From NCBI GenBank assembly GCA_977862235.1, contig OZ374560.1, positions 2,666,001 to 2,730,000 of the forward strand: a stretch of DNA of 64,000 bases, written 5' to 3'. Below the pieces are notes generated by a model that saw nothing but the letters and a program-made list of their open reading frames with translations, was not told the DNA's origin and did no database searches. Below, in pieces: positions 37,737 through 49,602 of the stretch. Each line of letters opens with the position of its first letter. Within the stretch, counting starts at the first letter, position 1. A program made the position numbers and the translations under genes. This DNA comes from Dudresnaya verticillata. Its lineage: Eukaryota.

Positions 37737-40288
37737 TTAGTTTTTCGCCTGCGGCGGTTGTAGCGGCGCTGTGTAGCGATTGACCACCGTCGGATGACGT
37801 TCTGCTGCATGCGGCATAGGTCCGCCTCGTGGTGATGGGGGTCGCGCTGCACGGCGTGCTGCTTCGCGCGCCGCGCGTTCTTTGTACCGAGTGTACGCAT
37901 CGGCGGGGACCCCCGCCTTCTCGGCGTCTGTTAAGCCTTCGTAGTTGGCGATCGCTTTCATATACTCGCTCATGCGGAGGAAGCAGTCCGGTGCCATGTG
38001 ACCACGGGCATAACACTGATGACAGATCAACTGTCTGCGAGCGTCTTGACGGAGCGGACCCCTGTCTTGCCAACCTGGCCTCGCCCGATGGACGTGGGGG
38101 GCATACTCCAAGTACGGGACGCGGGCACGACGGAACGCCCAAAGGCGAGTGTAGGATCCATTGCCTCTGTGTCCTCGTCTTCGACGTAGCTGTCCGTTGG
38201 TAACGCTGACGTTGGCACTGATGCTTGTTCATCGGCCAAATAGAGATCGCCATCGGCGTGTGTTTCCATATCGTCCGCATGACGGGTGACATCACGGAAC
38301 TCAACGGAGGTCTCCGCTATCATAGCGCGCGCGGCAGGCTTCGTGCCCCTCGTCTGTTGACGTAGAACCGTTCGGTTGTCGCCAATGGCGGGGCGCAATG
38401 CGCGAGCGGCTTGGGCCGGGGCCAATATATCCCGTCTTACTGACGTCGAGCCGGCCCTGCCGTGTCTTGCGCGTTGCGCGTCACCTTCGTCCTGTGCGAA
38501 GTGGACTAAACGTTCAAAAGATAACTCCGCCCTCGGCGTTTCTTCGCGGAAGCGGGCCACTAAGGACCTGATCGTCGGGTCTAACCCATCGATGTACAGT
38601 GTCATCCTTTCCCATCCGGGATAAACGTTACCGCAACGAATACATGCGCCGGCGAGTCTCATGCCGTAAGTCGTTTCGTCTTCGCCCTGCTTCTGGCTAG
38701 TCGACCGCAGGGCGAGGACAGCGTCTCGAATCGCCGAAGGAGTGGCGTATGTGCGGAGTAGGTAGTGCACCGCCTCCGGGTAAGATGATACGCCGCCGCG
38801 ATGGCGAGAGGATGTCGATTTGACGGAGCGGAATTGCGTGGCTGCCGTGGCCTTTAAGAAGTACGGCAGCGCGACGAACGCTTGTGCTTCACTCATCTCT
38901 AGCGTGTCCGCTTCATCCGCGAACCGCGTTAAGAATTCGAGGACCATGACGGGGTCGCTGCCGTTGAAGGCGGCGTCCTTCATCGTTAACTCGAGTCGCT
39001 TGATATGGTCTTTGACCTTCCCGGTTTCGCGTCCAGAGCGCTTCTGTCCCACGTCTTGGAGACGGTATGTGCGGTACGATAGAAACTGGTCGAAGAGAGG
39101 ATTGGAGGGGCTTAGCTCCTTCAGTCCCTTGTATCGCTTTCCGCGGGGTCGCATTGCACTGCCGTGAGCCACGTTGCCGTCATCGTCTGACGACGAAGAG
39201 TCTGTTGACCCGCCGTCACTAGACGTGTCTGAAGAGGATGAGGATGAGTCCCCTCGTCGGCGACGGTTCTTCTTCCGTCCATGACGCGACTTGCGGCGAT
39301 TCTTGCCCCGTCTTCTGCGATCTTTGCGTCTTCGACGGTCTTCCTCGGAACTATCGTCATCCGACGGCGGCCCTTGGCGCCATTTGGCGGTTTCCAGTCG
39401 CTCTAAGCGGGTTGCCAATCGTTGAAAACGTTCGCGTGAATTCAGTTCCGACTGGGAATGGACCGTCAATGCCGTTGGCTGCTGAGCATCTACCCCTTGG
39501 TTGGGGTTCGTCATCAGACGGTCGAGGTCGGAACGGAGTCCTTGAAGGGCACCGTCCCGATCTTCTTCCAACGTCTGTAGACGGCTGAAGATACCTCCGA
39601 CATTGTCGTCGAGCATCTCCGCGAATCGAGCGAGTAAGTTACCGTCTTCGGCGACGCATACTTCCCGAATCCGCTCGCGAGGTATCGTGAGATTCCCAAC
39701 GCGGGCGGATGCTGGGGACGCCACTGGCGGTGTGCGCGCGGAGGTCGACGCCTGCGGCGGACCTCCCGTGCTGCGCGGTTGCGCTAACGGCCTGGCCGGT
39801 GAACATCCGGCACTGCCGTGGGGTGGGGGGCAGCAGCCCCTTGGGATTGGTGATTCGTCTACGACGTCGCGCCCCGCAGGGCGTTCTTGGTCGTCGTCGA
39901 CGGGTAAGGTTGGTTGGTGGACCGGAACTTCCGGTTGTTCCTCGACGATGTCGGCTTGGGCTCCGTCCTCGACGGGTCGCTGTTCGGCTTGTACCGTGTC
40001 AGCGGAATCCACGTGCGAGTGGTAGGTTCGGAGGGCCGATTCGTTGGGAACGGTGGTGCGGATGACGACGGGTATCGGCGGGGGAGGTATTTCTCCCCTG
40101 TTGAGCGATATATGGGAGTGGTCGTGGCCTGGACCGGTCGGGAAGGCCGATGCGATCTCGGGGCTCACGAGGCGCCCAGACCTCGTTGTCATCCGCTGTA
40201 GCGACCGCTCCGACGCGGGGACACTCCCCGGCGTCGATGACGGTCTTCTTGAACTGGGGCCTCGCGACGGCGGCGGTCGTGAGGCCAT
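37737..40288 (-). pseudogene. gag: D gag (one frameshift near 38110)
   Basis: 753-aa ORF plus 37737-38111 with zinc knuckle CHQCYARGHMAPDC, ending AKN*. Confidence 0.9.
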
Positions 40289-40395
40289 AATGCAGTCGTA
40301 GAGTTGCTTGAACGTCGTGGACGATTAGCGACGGATGTCTAGAGACGGAAGGTCGGACGTCGCACGACGGAGTAACTCGTTGAAACGTAGCACAC

Positions 40396-40413
40396 TTCTA
40401 GGTCGGGAGACCA
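40396..40413 (-). promoter_or_regulatory. Primer-binding site of D
   Basis: TGGTCTCCCGACCTAGAA, 2 nt from the 5' LTR. Confidence 0.9.
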
Positions 40414-40415
40414 GT

Positions 40416-41320
40416 TGTAGTGCAAACGTCGATGACGGACACCGCCGAGCAGTTCGGGGCTCCGTGGGTAGCGACGCCTGCGGCGATGAGTGGCCTCGCC
40501 GTGGGCGTCTGTTGGTAGAGCGGTTGACTCGCCTGGGGCGGACTGTAAACGCCCGAGGCGGAAAAGAAGAACAAAAGAAAACAGAAAGGGAACACGTCGA
40601 GGACGGGTAGAGACGTGAAAGCACGGAGGTAGACGCTTAGCCGTAGGCAGCGGTAGGGTACGCGCGTGCTGAACGGGGAAGTCTGGACCAAGGCCGGCTT
40701 GCCGGGGTTTACTGTGACGTCTGAGACGGATCCACTAAGTACAGGATTTCCTAGCGGCGGCGACGCGGATGTACGCGTAACGCGGGAACTCGGGACACGT
40801 GTTGTCCCGAGGCGCGTCTGACAGATCCGTCCGTCATGCAGCCGCGCTCCTGACAGATCACGCGTAGCTTCCCCGCTCGAGTCCTTACACTTACACGTGG
40901 ATTACTTCCTTGCAGCCGCATGCGCCCCATGGCGCGAGCGATCTCGATCCGCACCAATCCCGATCCAGTCCGGATTCGGGCCAGCGATGCGGATGCGCCA
41001 GGCTTACAGGCGCGTGCCTTACACTCCTTAATCCCGATGTGGGATCCCGATGTGGGATCCCGATTGGATCCGGATTCGGGCCACGCTTACAGCGAACGTT
41101 CCCGCCACTGCGCCATGCGCGTACGCGTGGCGCCGTACAGTGGCCGGGCTCAGGCGTGCGGTCTGCACGCCCAGCAAGCCGTTCTGGCCCAAGTGGGCAG
41201 CGGCATGCGTCGGTGACGTGTTTGCGCCGCGGGCGGGTTGAGCGCGCCGTTGGCGGTCGTCCGTCGGTAGACGCTGCATATCAACGTTTGAAAGCGAAAA
41301 CGGGCCCCCCTGGCACTACA
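40416..41320 (-). repeat. D 5' LTR
   Basis: Repeat of 28114-29022, followed by TSD AATCC. Confidence 0.97.
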
Positions 41321-41748
41321 AATCCTTTCCAGCTTGAACACGGTGCTCGTACGTAAGCCTTGGTAGACTTCAGGGCTACCAGCGATTTCTCCAAGAGGAC
41401 TCTCCAACTTGTGCGCTGGCACGGCCTGTACAAAAGGACGGTGTTTTACCAGGATGCACCGACAACCTGTCGAAGCAGTCTTGAGGGGGGCGTCAGTCAC
41501 GCCCTCAACGGCCACTTCTAAATGGCCACTAGGGCCGGTTGTAATTCCAAGAATAAACGTGCTCGCCACTGATTTGACGCTACTCAGCAGCTTGAGATGG
41601 AGCGTAGAAACCGTCAACAATCCTGACTAGGGTTTCAACACCGGTTGGCCGGGAAACTCGTCCTTGACACGAAACAACGTCTTGCGTCCTGTACTCGTGA
41701 GTTAACCAACCAGGGTTGAGGAAGAAAGGGGAAACCAACCCAGAACAC

Positions 41749-41766
41749 TTCTAGGTCGGGAGACCA
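41749..41766 (-). promoter_or_regulatory. Primer-binding site of C
   Basis: TGGTCTCCCGACCTAGAA, 1 nt from the 5' LTR. Confidence 0.9.
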
Positions 41767-41767
41767 A

Positions 41768-42367
41768 TGTAGCACAACGGGTCCAGCCCAGGAAGAGCAA
41801 AAAGAACAAAGAACACCTGTCCGGAACCGTAGTGCTCACAGGCAGCTCGGGTGTGGTAGAGGCTTGGTAGAATGGCGCTAGGCCAGGAAAAAGGAAAAGG
41901 AAAAAGGGGGACACGACCCGGTATTCCGCAGGGAACCTGCTGTACGGTGACTAGCCTGCAGTCGGCGTCCAAAAAGGGAACGGGAAGCGCCCGGAATCCA
42001 GAAAATGGTCAAGACCGAGGAACTCCCCGTGGGGTTCAATCAGGGGTGCCCTGCTATTCAGGGGACCAATAAATAGGGCTTGTGCCCGTGCTAATACTAA
42101 CTACTATAGTGTACTCTACACAAATTACATTGAGCAGTGGGAGGCGGATCTACGCCCCTGTGGCGGCGTATAATCGGGAAATAGCCCAACGCCGCACCAA
42201 TGATCAGGCGCCAATTGCGCGTCTGAGGCGCAGATGATTTCGCGCCAGGCGCCAATCACATGTCGCATCATGGCGCAGTCCAGCAATGCCAGCGCCTTAC
42301 AGGGCATTGGCCCGTTACAACTTACAGCGTCGAGCGCCCACTTGGCGCAAATCGCCGTTATGCCACA
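41768..42367 (-). repeat. C 5' LTR
   Basis: Repeat of 16558-17157, followed by TSD AGAAC. Confidence 0.96.
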
Positions 42368-42372
42368 AGAAC

Positions 42373-43003
42373 GGGGGCTACCCTAGAAAGAAAGAGAAAA
42401 CAAAGGGAAAATAAGAGAAAAACAGGATTCTGTACGGTGAAGATGGGTAGCGTACGTACTGGAGTCCAGCCTAGCGACGGCGTCGATAGGGTAGGAGGTT
42501 ATGTCTCGCTGGGCCCACGCTAAGCCGTTTATAGTATGAGGGCGCACCTCAGGGCCCTAATAAACTATATACGAGGCGGATGTGCCTTGGTGGCGGATTA
42601 AGGTAGTGGAAGGGGGCGTGCCACTTGGTATTGCGTGGTACGCACAAGTCTATAATTATCTACTAAAATATCTTCTGTCAGTCTCTTGGTAGTGCGGCTT
42701 GACAGTGTGCGCCAAGGGGACACACGTGTGCACGTATGTGCGTTGTCGTTGTGAGGGGGCCATCCTTGCTGGCAGCGAGAAACTGTCAGCTGGGATGGCT
42801 TACAAGGGGATTTCCCCAATATCATTGCTGGCGTACGCGCGTTGTGCCAGAGCCCATTACACAAATTGGCTTTGAGCTCAAACGTACGCGCAGCGGTTGA
42901 TCCGCATGTATCGGCCGTTTCGGCCCGTCGTCCGCAGTCGAGCCGCGGGCGACGCCCATTATGAAGAACTCTTCAGTAGTGCGCGAAGGCCATTTGCACC
43001 ACA
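42373..43003 (-). repeat. B 5' LTR, distal piece
   Basis: Follows C's TSD; ends TTGCACCACA, the inverted match of TGTAGTGCAA at 16420; composition turns AT-rich after 43003. The partner LTR is outside the window. Confidence 0.75.
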
Positions 43004-44211
43004 CAAATCATTGCTACTTTATCACTAACAAGTTGTCAGGTCTGCTTTCTCGCCAACAGGAGCATCGTCGTCGATGATGCAACATAACTTATAATTTACA
43101 AGTCATCGATCATTCAGCATTTAGGGCTAACTAAACGAGGCTAAATTTAGCCAAGAAGCGAAAGGTACCCTGGAAACTAGATCCTTTTATCAACTGCAAC
43201 TTTATTATTGGATCCGTTGCCGAGGTTGACCGGCTCAGGAGCATTGCGGAGCACGTGCTAACCGACAATCGCAAGGCGATTACCACCAAGTTTTTGAAGC
43301 TATAATATTCCTCAAAATGAATGAACAGGTTTGACATCGCATTACACAAACGTTAACATGGATCCCCATGCTTCCTTCGCACAATTTAAGTCTATTGCAA
43401 ACTTATTGCACGACGTAGGCATATTCTGCAGATGTTACTGGGGCATGATGGTGGCTATATAGCAATACAGATTGCCGAAGGGGAGCGTATTGGTGCAACA
43501 AAAATTTGCAATGTTATTGCTTGCAAGCATTGCCCTAGAGCCCGGTTCTTATGCTGTTTTGTAACTTGGTGAATTGATAGCTACGTAGGCCATTGGAGTA
43601 ATACAGCACGAATGCCAGCATTAGCTACAAATTCTACAGTACGGTACTAATGCTATGAATAATTGTAATTGTGCTCTTTGTTAGAAAGTAGGATGAATCG
43701 TGACTTGATGTTGGCTAAGCAACACAGCTATGGATGTTGGACAAGGTGGTCGAGCTGGAAATGAATTTACTCATGACATGGCGGACGACAGATGGGATAT
43801 ACGACGTTTTACCGTCGAGCTAGTGTAAGTTTACAATGTATATTGATATACATTGTCACTGCAATAAGAAATGCAATTTGCTATCATATCAGCAACTCGA
43901 TATGCCATTGCTATTGTATATTGCAATATATTGCTACTGCTATTAATTGCACGACAGCCCTGGTCGCCAGCCCTGACGCGACGCTTCTGCAACTTTCTGC
44001 GCTTCTTTTCCTCTTCTTCCCCTCTTTTTGCCCTTCTTTTCTGTCTCTTCTGTCCTTTTTCTGCAGCCCATCCGACTCAGCCATGGCAGGGATCAAACAG
44101 ATAGATAGTTTTCTATCACCTTGTCATGTGCTCATCATGATAGCCCCAGCAAACTATTACACCGGCACTGTAATCACTCAACTCCGTTCATATTCGAAGC
44201 AACTGTGAACA

Positions 44212-45253
44212 ATGTCGTGGCAGAGCTGTGCGACTCTCATGCATGCGATTTTAGACAAGTCTCCGAAGGGAGGTCCGTCGAATATCATCGATATATCTGC
44301 CCTTTTCGGTCTAACAACATCTCGAACACAAATGGGAATTGGCTTCGGTGCTGAAATGGACCGCGACCAGAGAATAGCTTTATCACCGTGTCTAGACTCC
44401 TTCGTGAAGGAAACCATGGGCGAATATATTATGTACCCATTGCGCCGATACTCCTGAAAGTTTGAAGAGAGGAAACACGTGCTTGAGAACGAACAAAGCG
44501 TTCAAAATATTTGTCAACACTTGTTCAGAGACTTTATCCGGACAAGACTGGCGGACACGAAACAAGAAACAGAGCCTCACTCCTCAGATCTCTTGTACTC
44601 GATCTTAGTCATCAGCAAGGGAGACATGACGTTGGACACCTCCCTGGTCGTCGAATTTGCTCTCTCCAGATACGTTTCAACCGACCAGGCCTTATCCTAG
44701 GCTGTTTACGAGACGTGCAGAAACTCTAATGTTGAATACTTGACAGGGACTGAAGTTTCTACCCGCTTTAGGGACCGGCTGTTTAACCGTCCTTTATCTA
44801 GACAGAAAGTTTGAGAGCCTCCGTATCTGAACGCGGTATGTAACTGCAACAATCAAGCAGCCCGCAAGACCGGTAATATTACGCAGTGGCGGAACCAAGA
44901 TCCCAGAGGGGGCATTGGTGATGAGTCTTCAAAGCTGGGCACACCTGGACCCCAAAATATGGCGCGGTCCGTTGGGGTTTGATCCGGAAGGGTGGGTCTG
45001 CAGAACTTCTCGTAGAGAGGGTGGCAAAGTCCGGCCTGGAACTTATGTTCCGTTTGGTAGTAGGTCTCGTGCTTGCGCCGGTAGGTTTCGTGCCGAGTAT
45101 GACTACGCTCTCATCCTTGCCGAATTGCACCGTAGTTTTAATTTCATGCTAGCTTCCGAGAAGAGCGAAGGAGTGGGAGAGACGGCTTTTGTCGAGGTTG
45201 CCAAATCACCCTCTGTGAAGGGAGGGGTAACTAAGCAGCTGTGTTCATGTTAG
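44212..45253 (+). pseudogene. Cytochrome P450 pseudogene (no obvious intron)
   Basis: ORF 44915-45253 has HLDPKIW..FDPEGW..YVPFGSRSRACAG (PERF-like and heme-Cys motifs). The upstream frame 44212-44840 reads DLLYSIL..LS*AVYETCRN..PYLNAV (I/J/K-helix-like) with in-frame stops. The ExxR region appears deleted. Confidence 0.8.
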
Positions 45254-45317
45254 AATAGAGGGGCGATAGCATATTAGATTGTTTTGTGGTGATGTTGTGT
45301 CTATTTGTTGTTTAAGG

Positions 45318-45980
45318 TGATCCAGCGCGGGCAACTTGGGCCCCTATGCCGGGGGTAAACGTCACTTTACGAAAGCATGAAGTTGCCGGCGCACCGCTAA
45401 CGAGGTCCTTACTGGGGTCCTGGCGACAGTACTGTAGCAGGGAGAGAGGATCTATTGTGAGTTCCCGCCAGTATGTGAGGTGGGAAAGTCACGTGCACAA
45501 AGGGTCCTGATTGCACAAATTGTACGCGAGATGGCTACAAGGGTCTGCGGGGAGGGGTGTGGCTTGGAGAGGTCGTGGGGTGCACGGGAATGTTTGCGCA
45601 CTAAATCGCGGGCGGACAGGAAGCGTGGCGGGATGGGAAATGTTCCCAGGTGCCAACGGTTTGTGGTCTGTCAAGTTTCTCTGGAAGATCTGGCTTTGAA
45701 GTTGGCGCCCAACGTATTGCTAATTTCATTGCCAGCAAGCGCGGGACCTCTCCGTCTACGGAGAAACTTCGCCTCACTACTCGTTTACTCTCTTTAGTTC
45801 TCCAATGCGTCGCGGTGAGTGTCAACCGCCGCAAGCTTGCTCCTCCGCCTCTTTATGGAAGCTCTGAATCCTAAGCCCCCTTAAGGGGCTTCTCTCTTGT
45901 TCTTTAATAAATGTTATCCCGCTTTGGCACACAGCGGGCACTGTAGTTGACGCGGACAACGTTAGATGGCAGCCAGATCA
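45318..45980 (+). repeat. Putative E 5' LTR (partner absent)
   Basis: Imperfect inverted ends TGATCCAGC...GCCAGATCA, internal AATAAA near 45906, followed after 2 nt by a PBS-like sequence. Confidence 0.6.
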
Positions 45981-45982
45981 TC

Positions 45983-45994
45983 TGGTATGATAGC
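45983..45994 (+). promoter_or_regulatory. Putative E PBS, TGGTATGATAGC (tRNA-iMet-like)
   Basis: Resembles the canonical iMet PBS TGGTATCAGAGC with 2 mismatches. Confidence 0.6.
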
Positions 45995-46362
45995 AAACCC
46001 GTCAGTCAAGATAGGACGCATGATTTGGCGCAATTATGCGACAATAATCGCGGGAAGCCGTTTGCACGCCAGCGCGGCGCGGACGAGGGCCGACGACGGG
46101 TTCGAGCGGCTCCCGCCTTGACAGAAGGCCTATATAAACCTGCTCCACTCCAGTCGAGGAGTGGGGGCAACCAGCACGGTGCCCACCAGACTTGCCAGCG
46201 CCCGAGCGCCTCTTCCCAGATCCCTACAGTGCCAACCGGGCTCCGGTCGCCACAGGGCACGCACGCGATCGCCGCGCCGCACAGTACCCATCAAAGCGCT
46301 TTGTTCTTCGAAGAGCACTACTGAGCGACGCGCGTGGTACTGCGGGCACCGCCCACCACAAC

Positions 46363-47406
46363 ATGGCAGGCGCTACTATTTCGTCGATTACGGCGCCGCA
46401 ACTCAAGTCAGTGATGGGAGAGGAGCTTCTCGCGTTCAAGATAAAGTACCGCGCCTACAAGGACAAGGTCGAGGAGTTCAACCGCTCTCGGACACCGGCG
46501 CAACGCATACCGCCGGCAGGCCTCAAGTCGTGCATGGATCCCGAGCTACTCACATCGATGATCCTGTGCCAGGCTTTCCCCGGCGTCACTTCTACCGCAA
46601 CGCTCACCGACGAGCACGTGAACACATGGCTGGAGGCGCGTTGCCGTGTCTCACACAAAGACATCGACAAACAGGTGTCCAACGCACTGGGCCGGGTCAA
46701 GTTCAAGCCGAAGAGCTCCGACCCCCAAGGTGCCGCACTGCAGTTCTTCACCTCAGTGACAACCGAGCTGCAGAGGAACCGAGTGGCACAGGTCATCACC
46801 GAGGCACCGAAAGCCCTCATCCAACAGCTGGTCCCGAAGTTGGAGCCGCGATTCCTGCGCGACAAGGTCAAGTCGAGCATGAAGTACTGGAAGGAAGAAG
46901 ACAAGAGAAGCTTCCACCACTTCCTTGAACAGGTCACCGCGACGTACGTCGACATCGCTTCGTACGCAGAAAAAGAAAGCCCTCCGAGCAACAACGGAGG
47001 CCGGGGCAAAGACAGCAACCCGAAGAAGGCTCGAAAAGACAAGAGCGAGCACGGCAACAACAATGACAAAAGCCGAGAAAAGAACCCTAGCACCTCCAAG
47101 GATGCAGACAGCAGCGACGCTTCGAAGAGGAAGAAGAAACGCAAAAACACCGAGTGGTCAGAGCCGTGCCTGAACAAGGCCTGCCACAAGCATCATCGAG
47201 TCATGGACTGCGACATGACCAGCCCAGACGAGAAGAAAAGGCTGCTGGATGCGTTCTACGATGAGAAGAAGAAGGCTAAGATAGCCGCCATCTCAAGGGG
47301 TGCACTTGGAGATGGACGCTGGAAGGCTTTGCTGCACGAGTCAGTCGAAGTGATTGCCCTAGGCGACTACGGTGCAGACAATTCTGCTCTCCCTAACGGA
47401 TCGTGA
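46363..47406 (+). CDS. gag: E gag plus start of protease
   Basis: ATG at 46363 within ORF 46192-47406; atypical knuckle CLNKACHKHHRVMDC; protease-like ALGDYGADNS at the end. Confidence 0.75.
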   Translation: MAGATISSITAPQLKSVMGEELLAFKIKYRAYKDKVEEFNRSRTPAQRIPPAGLKSCMDPELLTSMILCQAFPGVTSTATLTDEHVNTWLEARCRVSHKDIDKQVSNALGRVKFKPKSSDPQGAALQFFTSVTTELQRNRVAQVITEAPKALIQQLVPKLEPRFLRDKVKSSMKYWKEEDKRSFHHFLEQVTATYVDIASYAEKESPPSNNGGRGKDSNPKKARKDKSEHGNNNDKSREKNPSTSKDADSSDASKRKKKRKNTEWSEPCLNKACHKHHRVMDCDMTSPDEKKRLLDAFYDEKKKAKIAAISRGALGDGRWKALLHESVEVIALGDYGADNSALPNGS

Positions 47407-49602
47407 AGCTGCTCCAGCAGGCTGGCAAGGCTGTGGAGGTTGTGACGTTCGACACACCAATCAACTTATCTCCCGCAGTCGAGCTGAAGCAAGGTACAAT
47501 CACCGCGTCTGCGAAGGCTCTTTTCAACATCACTGTCTGCTTGCCATGTGGGCCGCTCCGACTGCGCAAAGTGGAGTTCCTGATCATCGACCAAGACATG
47601 GATGAGGTCCTGCTAGGACGTCCGCTTCTCAAGTGCCTAGGCTTCAACTTAGAGTCACACTTGCAGAAGGTACGAGACAAGTACGACGAAGCGGACATCA
47701 GCGATCTCATGAGCCGCACTGAAGACGACTTCGAGGCCTCCAGTAACTCAGCCAAGACCGCAGCGTTCGCCCCATACATCGGCCTGTGGTATGACCAGGC
47801 TGAGGAAGATCCGATCGAACTGCCGCCCTCTGCAGGGGCCAACATTGGAACAGACAAAGAAGAAGACATCCAGGAAGCATTTAGAAGTATGCTGACGTCT
47901 GCGAAGGACAACGGGATGTCAGCAGAAGGGCTAGCAACAGCTAAACGGATGCTCGACGAGTACAGGGAAATCTTCCGGATTAACCTGGGGGCAGACCCAC
48001 CGGCCAAGGTGGAGCCGCTCAGGATCAAGCTCAAGCCTAACCACCGACCTGTCAGAGCCAAGCAGCGAAGGTACACTCCCAAACAGCACGCCTTCATCTC
48101 TACAGCCGTTCGTGAGCTCAAATCCGTGGGGGCCATTCGTAGCAACTCCCAAGCAAGATGGGCAAGCCCTGCCCTCTCGGTTCCAAAGCCAGGGTCCGAC
48201 AAGTTCCGCTTCACAGTAGACCTACGGGCACCCAACCGGGAAACGATCCCAATCGTATCATCTATGCCTGACCTCGACCATATGATACAGAAAACTGCAG
48301 GCAGCAAGTGCTTCGCAAAGCTGGACATGTGCCATGCGTACTGGCAGATCCCACTTCACGAAGAGTCACAAGAATGCATGTCTATCCAGACACCGCTCGG
48401 GTTGCACACTCCCGTTCGCCTCTTACAAGGGCAGACGGACGCCGGAAACCATTTCCAGTGCGTGACATCTCACATCTTTGTCGAGTGCATCAAGAAGATC
48501 ATTCAGTGGTTGGATGACTTCCTGCTCCACGCCAAACACGAGAAGGAGCTACTGGAAGCCCTGCTGTTGTTCTTCAAGCAGTGTCGCAAGTACAACCTCA
48601 AGCTGCATGCCAAGAAGTGCGAACTCTTCGTGAAGGAAGCAAGCTTCTGTGGGCGTGTAATAGATGAGACAGGTGTTCGCTATAGCCCACGGGAACTAGA
48701 CACCATCCTGGGCATGCGAAAGCCAGAATTCGCTTCCTCCAACAGTTCTTGTGCGCTACGAACTGGATGCGCAAGAGTATCCCCGAGTACTCTAAGACAA
48801 TCGCACCGCTTCACGACCTGATGGAGATTTGCTACGGCAAGGCAAAGAAGCGAACCAAGAAAGCAGTAAAGAACATATCACTGTCTGGACTATGGGGGGC
48901 TACACACAACTCTGCCTTCAGTCAGATTCAATCTCACATAGTCCAGTCAATCAAGCTCGCACATCCTAAGTCAAGCCATAGGCTTTGCCTCTTCACTGAC
49001 GCCTCCGAGACCCATTGGGCGTCTGTACTAACGCAGATACACAGCAACAGATGGATTTGGACGTCGAGGAGCAGGATCACGAGCCCTTAGCCTTTTTATC
49101 TGGATCCTTTACAGGCGCTGCAGCCAACTGGAGTATAGTAGAGAAGGAAGCATTCTCGGTCGTAGAATCTATGACAAGACTCGACCACTTCACAGCGGCA
49201 GGTGAGATCTCATTGTTCACGGACCATGCCAACCTGGTGTACATCTTCGACCCGTACGGAAGGAACCCAGGTATGAGCCGGCACACAGCGAACAAGCTCA
49301 TGCGATGGGCGCTCAAGCTGAGCGCCCATCGATACGTCATCGAGCACCTCCCTGGCGAGCAAAACGTATGGGCGGACATACTAACGCGCTGGGCCGTCAA
49401 GCCCAGAGACAGAGTGAAGTCGGTCAAGCTAGCCAGCCTGTTCTACGCCCCAATTACTCCCGAGACTAACGAAGAGTATGACTGGCCAACTCGTAACGAC
49501 TTCGCTAAGGCTCAGAAGGAAACAACAGAACAACCGCCGCATGGTTTCAGCGAGAAAGATGGAATCATCCAAGACAATGGAGGTGTCTTCTGGCTTCCCG
49601 TA
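47403..49602 (+). pseudogene. pol: E pol, PR-RT-RNaseH part (frameshifted)
   Basis: VLLGRPLL, WASPAL, FRFTVDLR, KLDMCHAYWQIPL, WLDD, LFTDAS, WSIVEKEAF, NVWADILTR. Confidence 0.92.

Larger units (their letters stand above)
28114..41320 (-). mobile_element. Element D: full-length chromodomain Ty3/Gypsy element with antisense ORF(s)
   Basis: LTRs of 909 and 905 bp, TSD AATCC (28109-28113 and 41321-41325), PBS 40396-40413, PPT next to 29023. Confidence 0.97.
16558..42367 (-). mobile_element. Element C: full-length chromodomain Ty3/Gypsy element with antisense ORF, interrupted by D
   Basis: 600-bp LTR pair, TSD AGAAC (16553-16557 and 42368-42372), PBS 41749-41766, PPT next to 17158. Confidence 0.96.
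1..43003 (-). mobile_element. Element B: Ty3/Gypsy LTR retrotransposon, outermost of the nest (pieces 1-4253, 16372-16557, 42368-43003); 3' part lies left of the window
   Basis: gag/PR/RT fragments at 1-4190. Sequence resumes after the A TSD (GCAAC) with a PBS at 16400-16417. The LTR starts TGTAGTGCAA (16420), is split by C, and ends TTGCACCACA (43003), a 9/10 inverted terminal repeat. Confidence 0.88.

Noticed and set aside
43792..44208. 138-aa hydrophobic ORF upstream of the P450
   Set aside because: Arises from ATTGC repeats and a CT-rich tract; no recognisable P450 N-terminal motifs.
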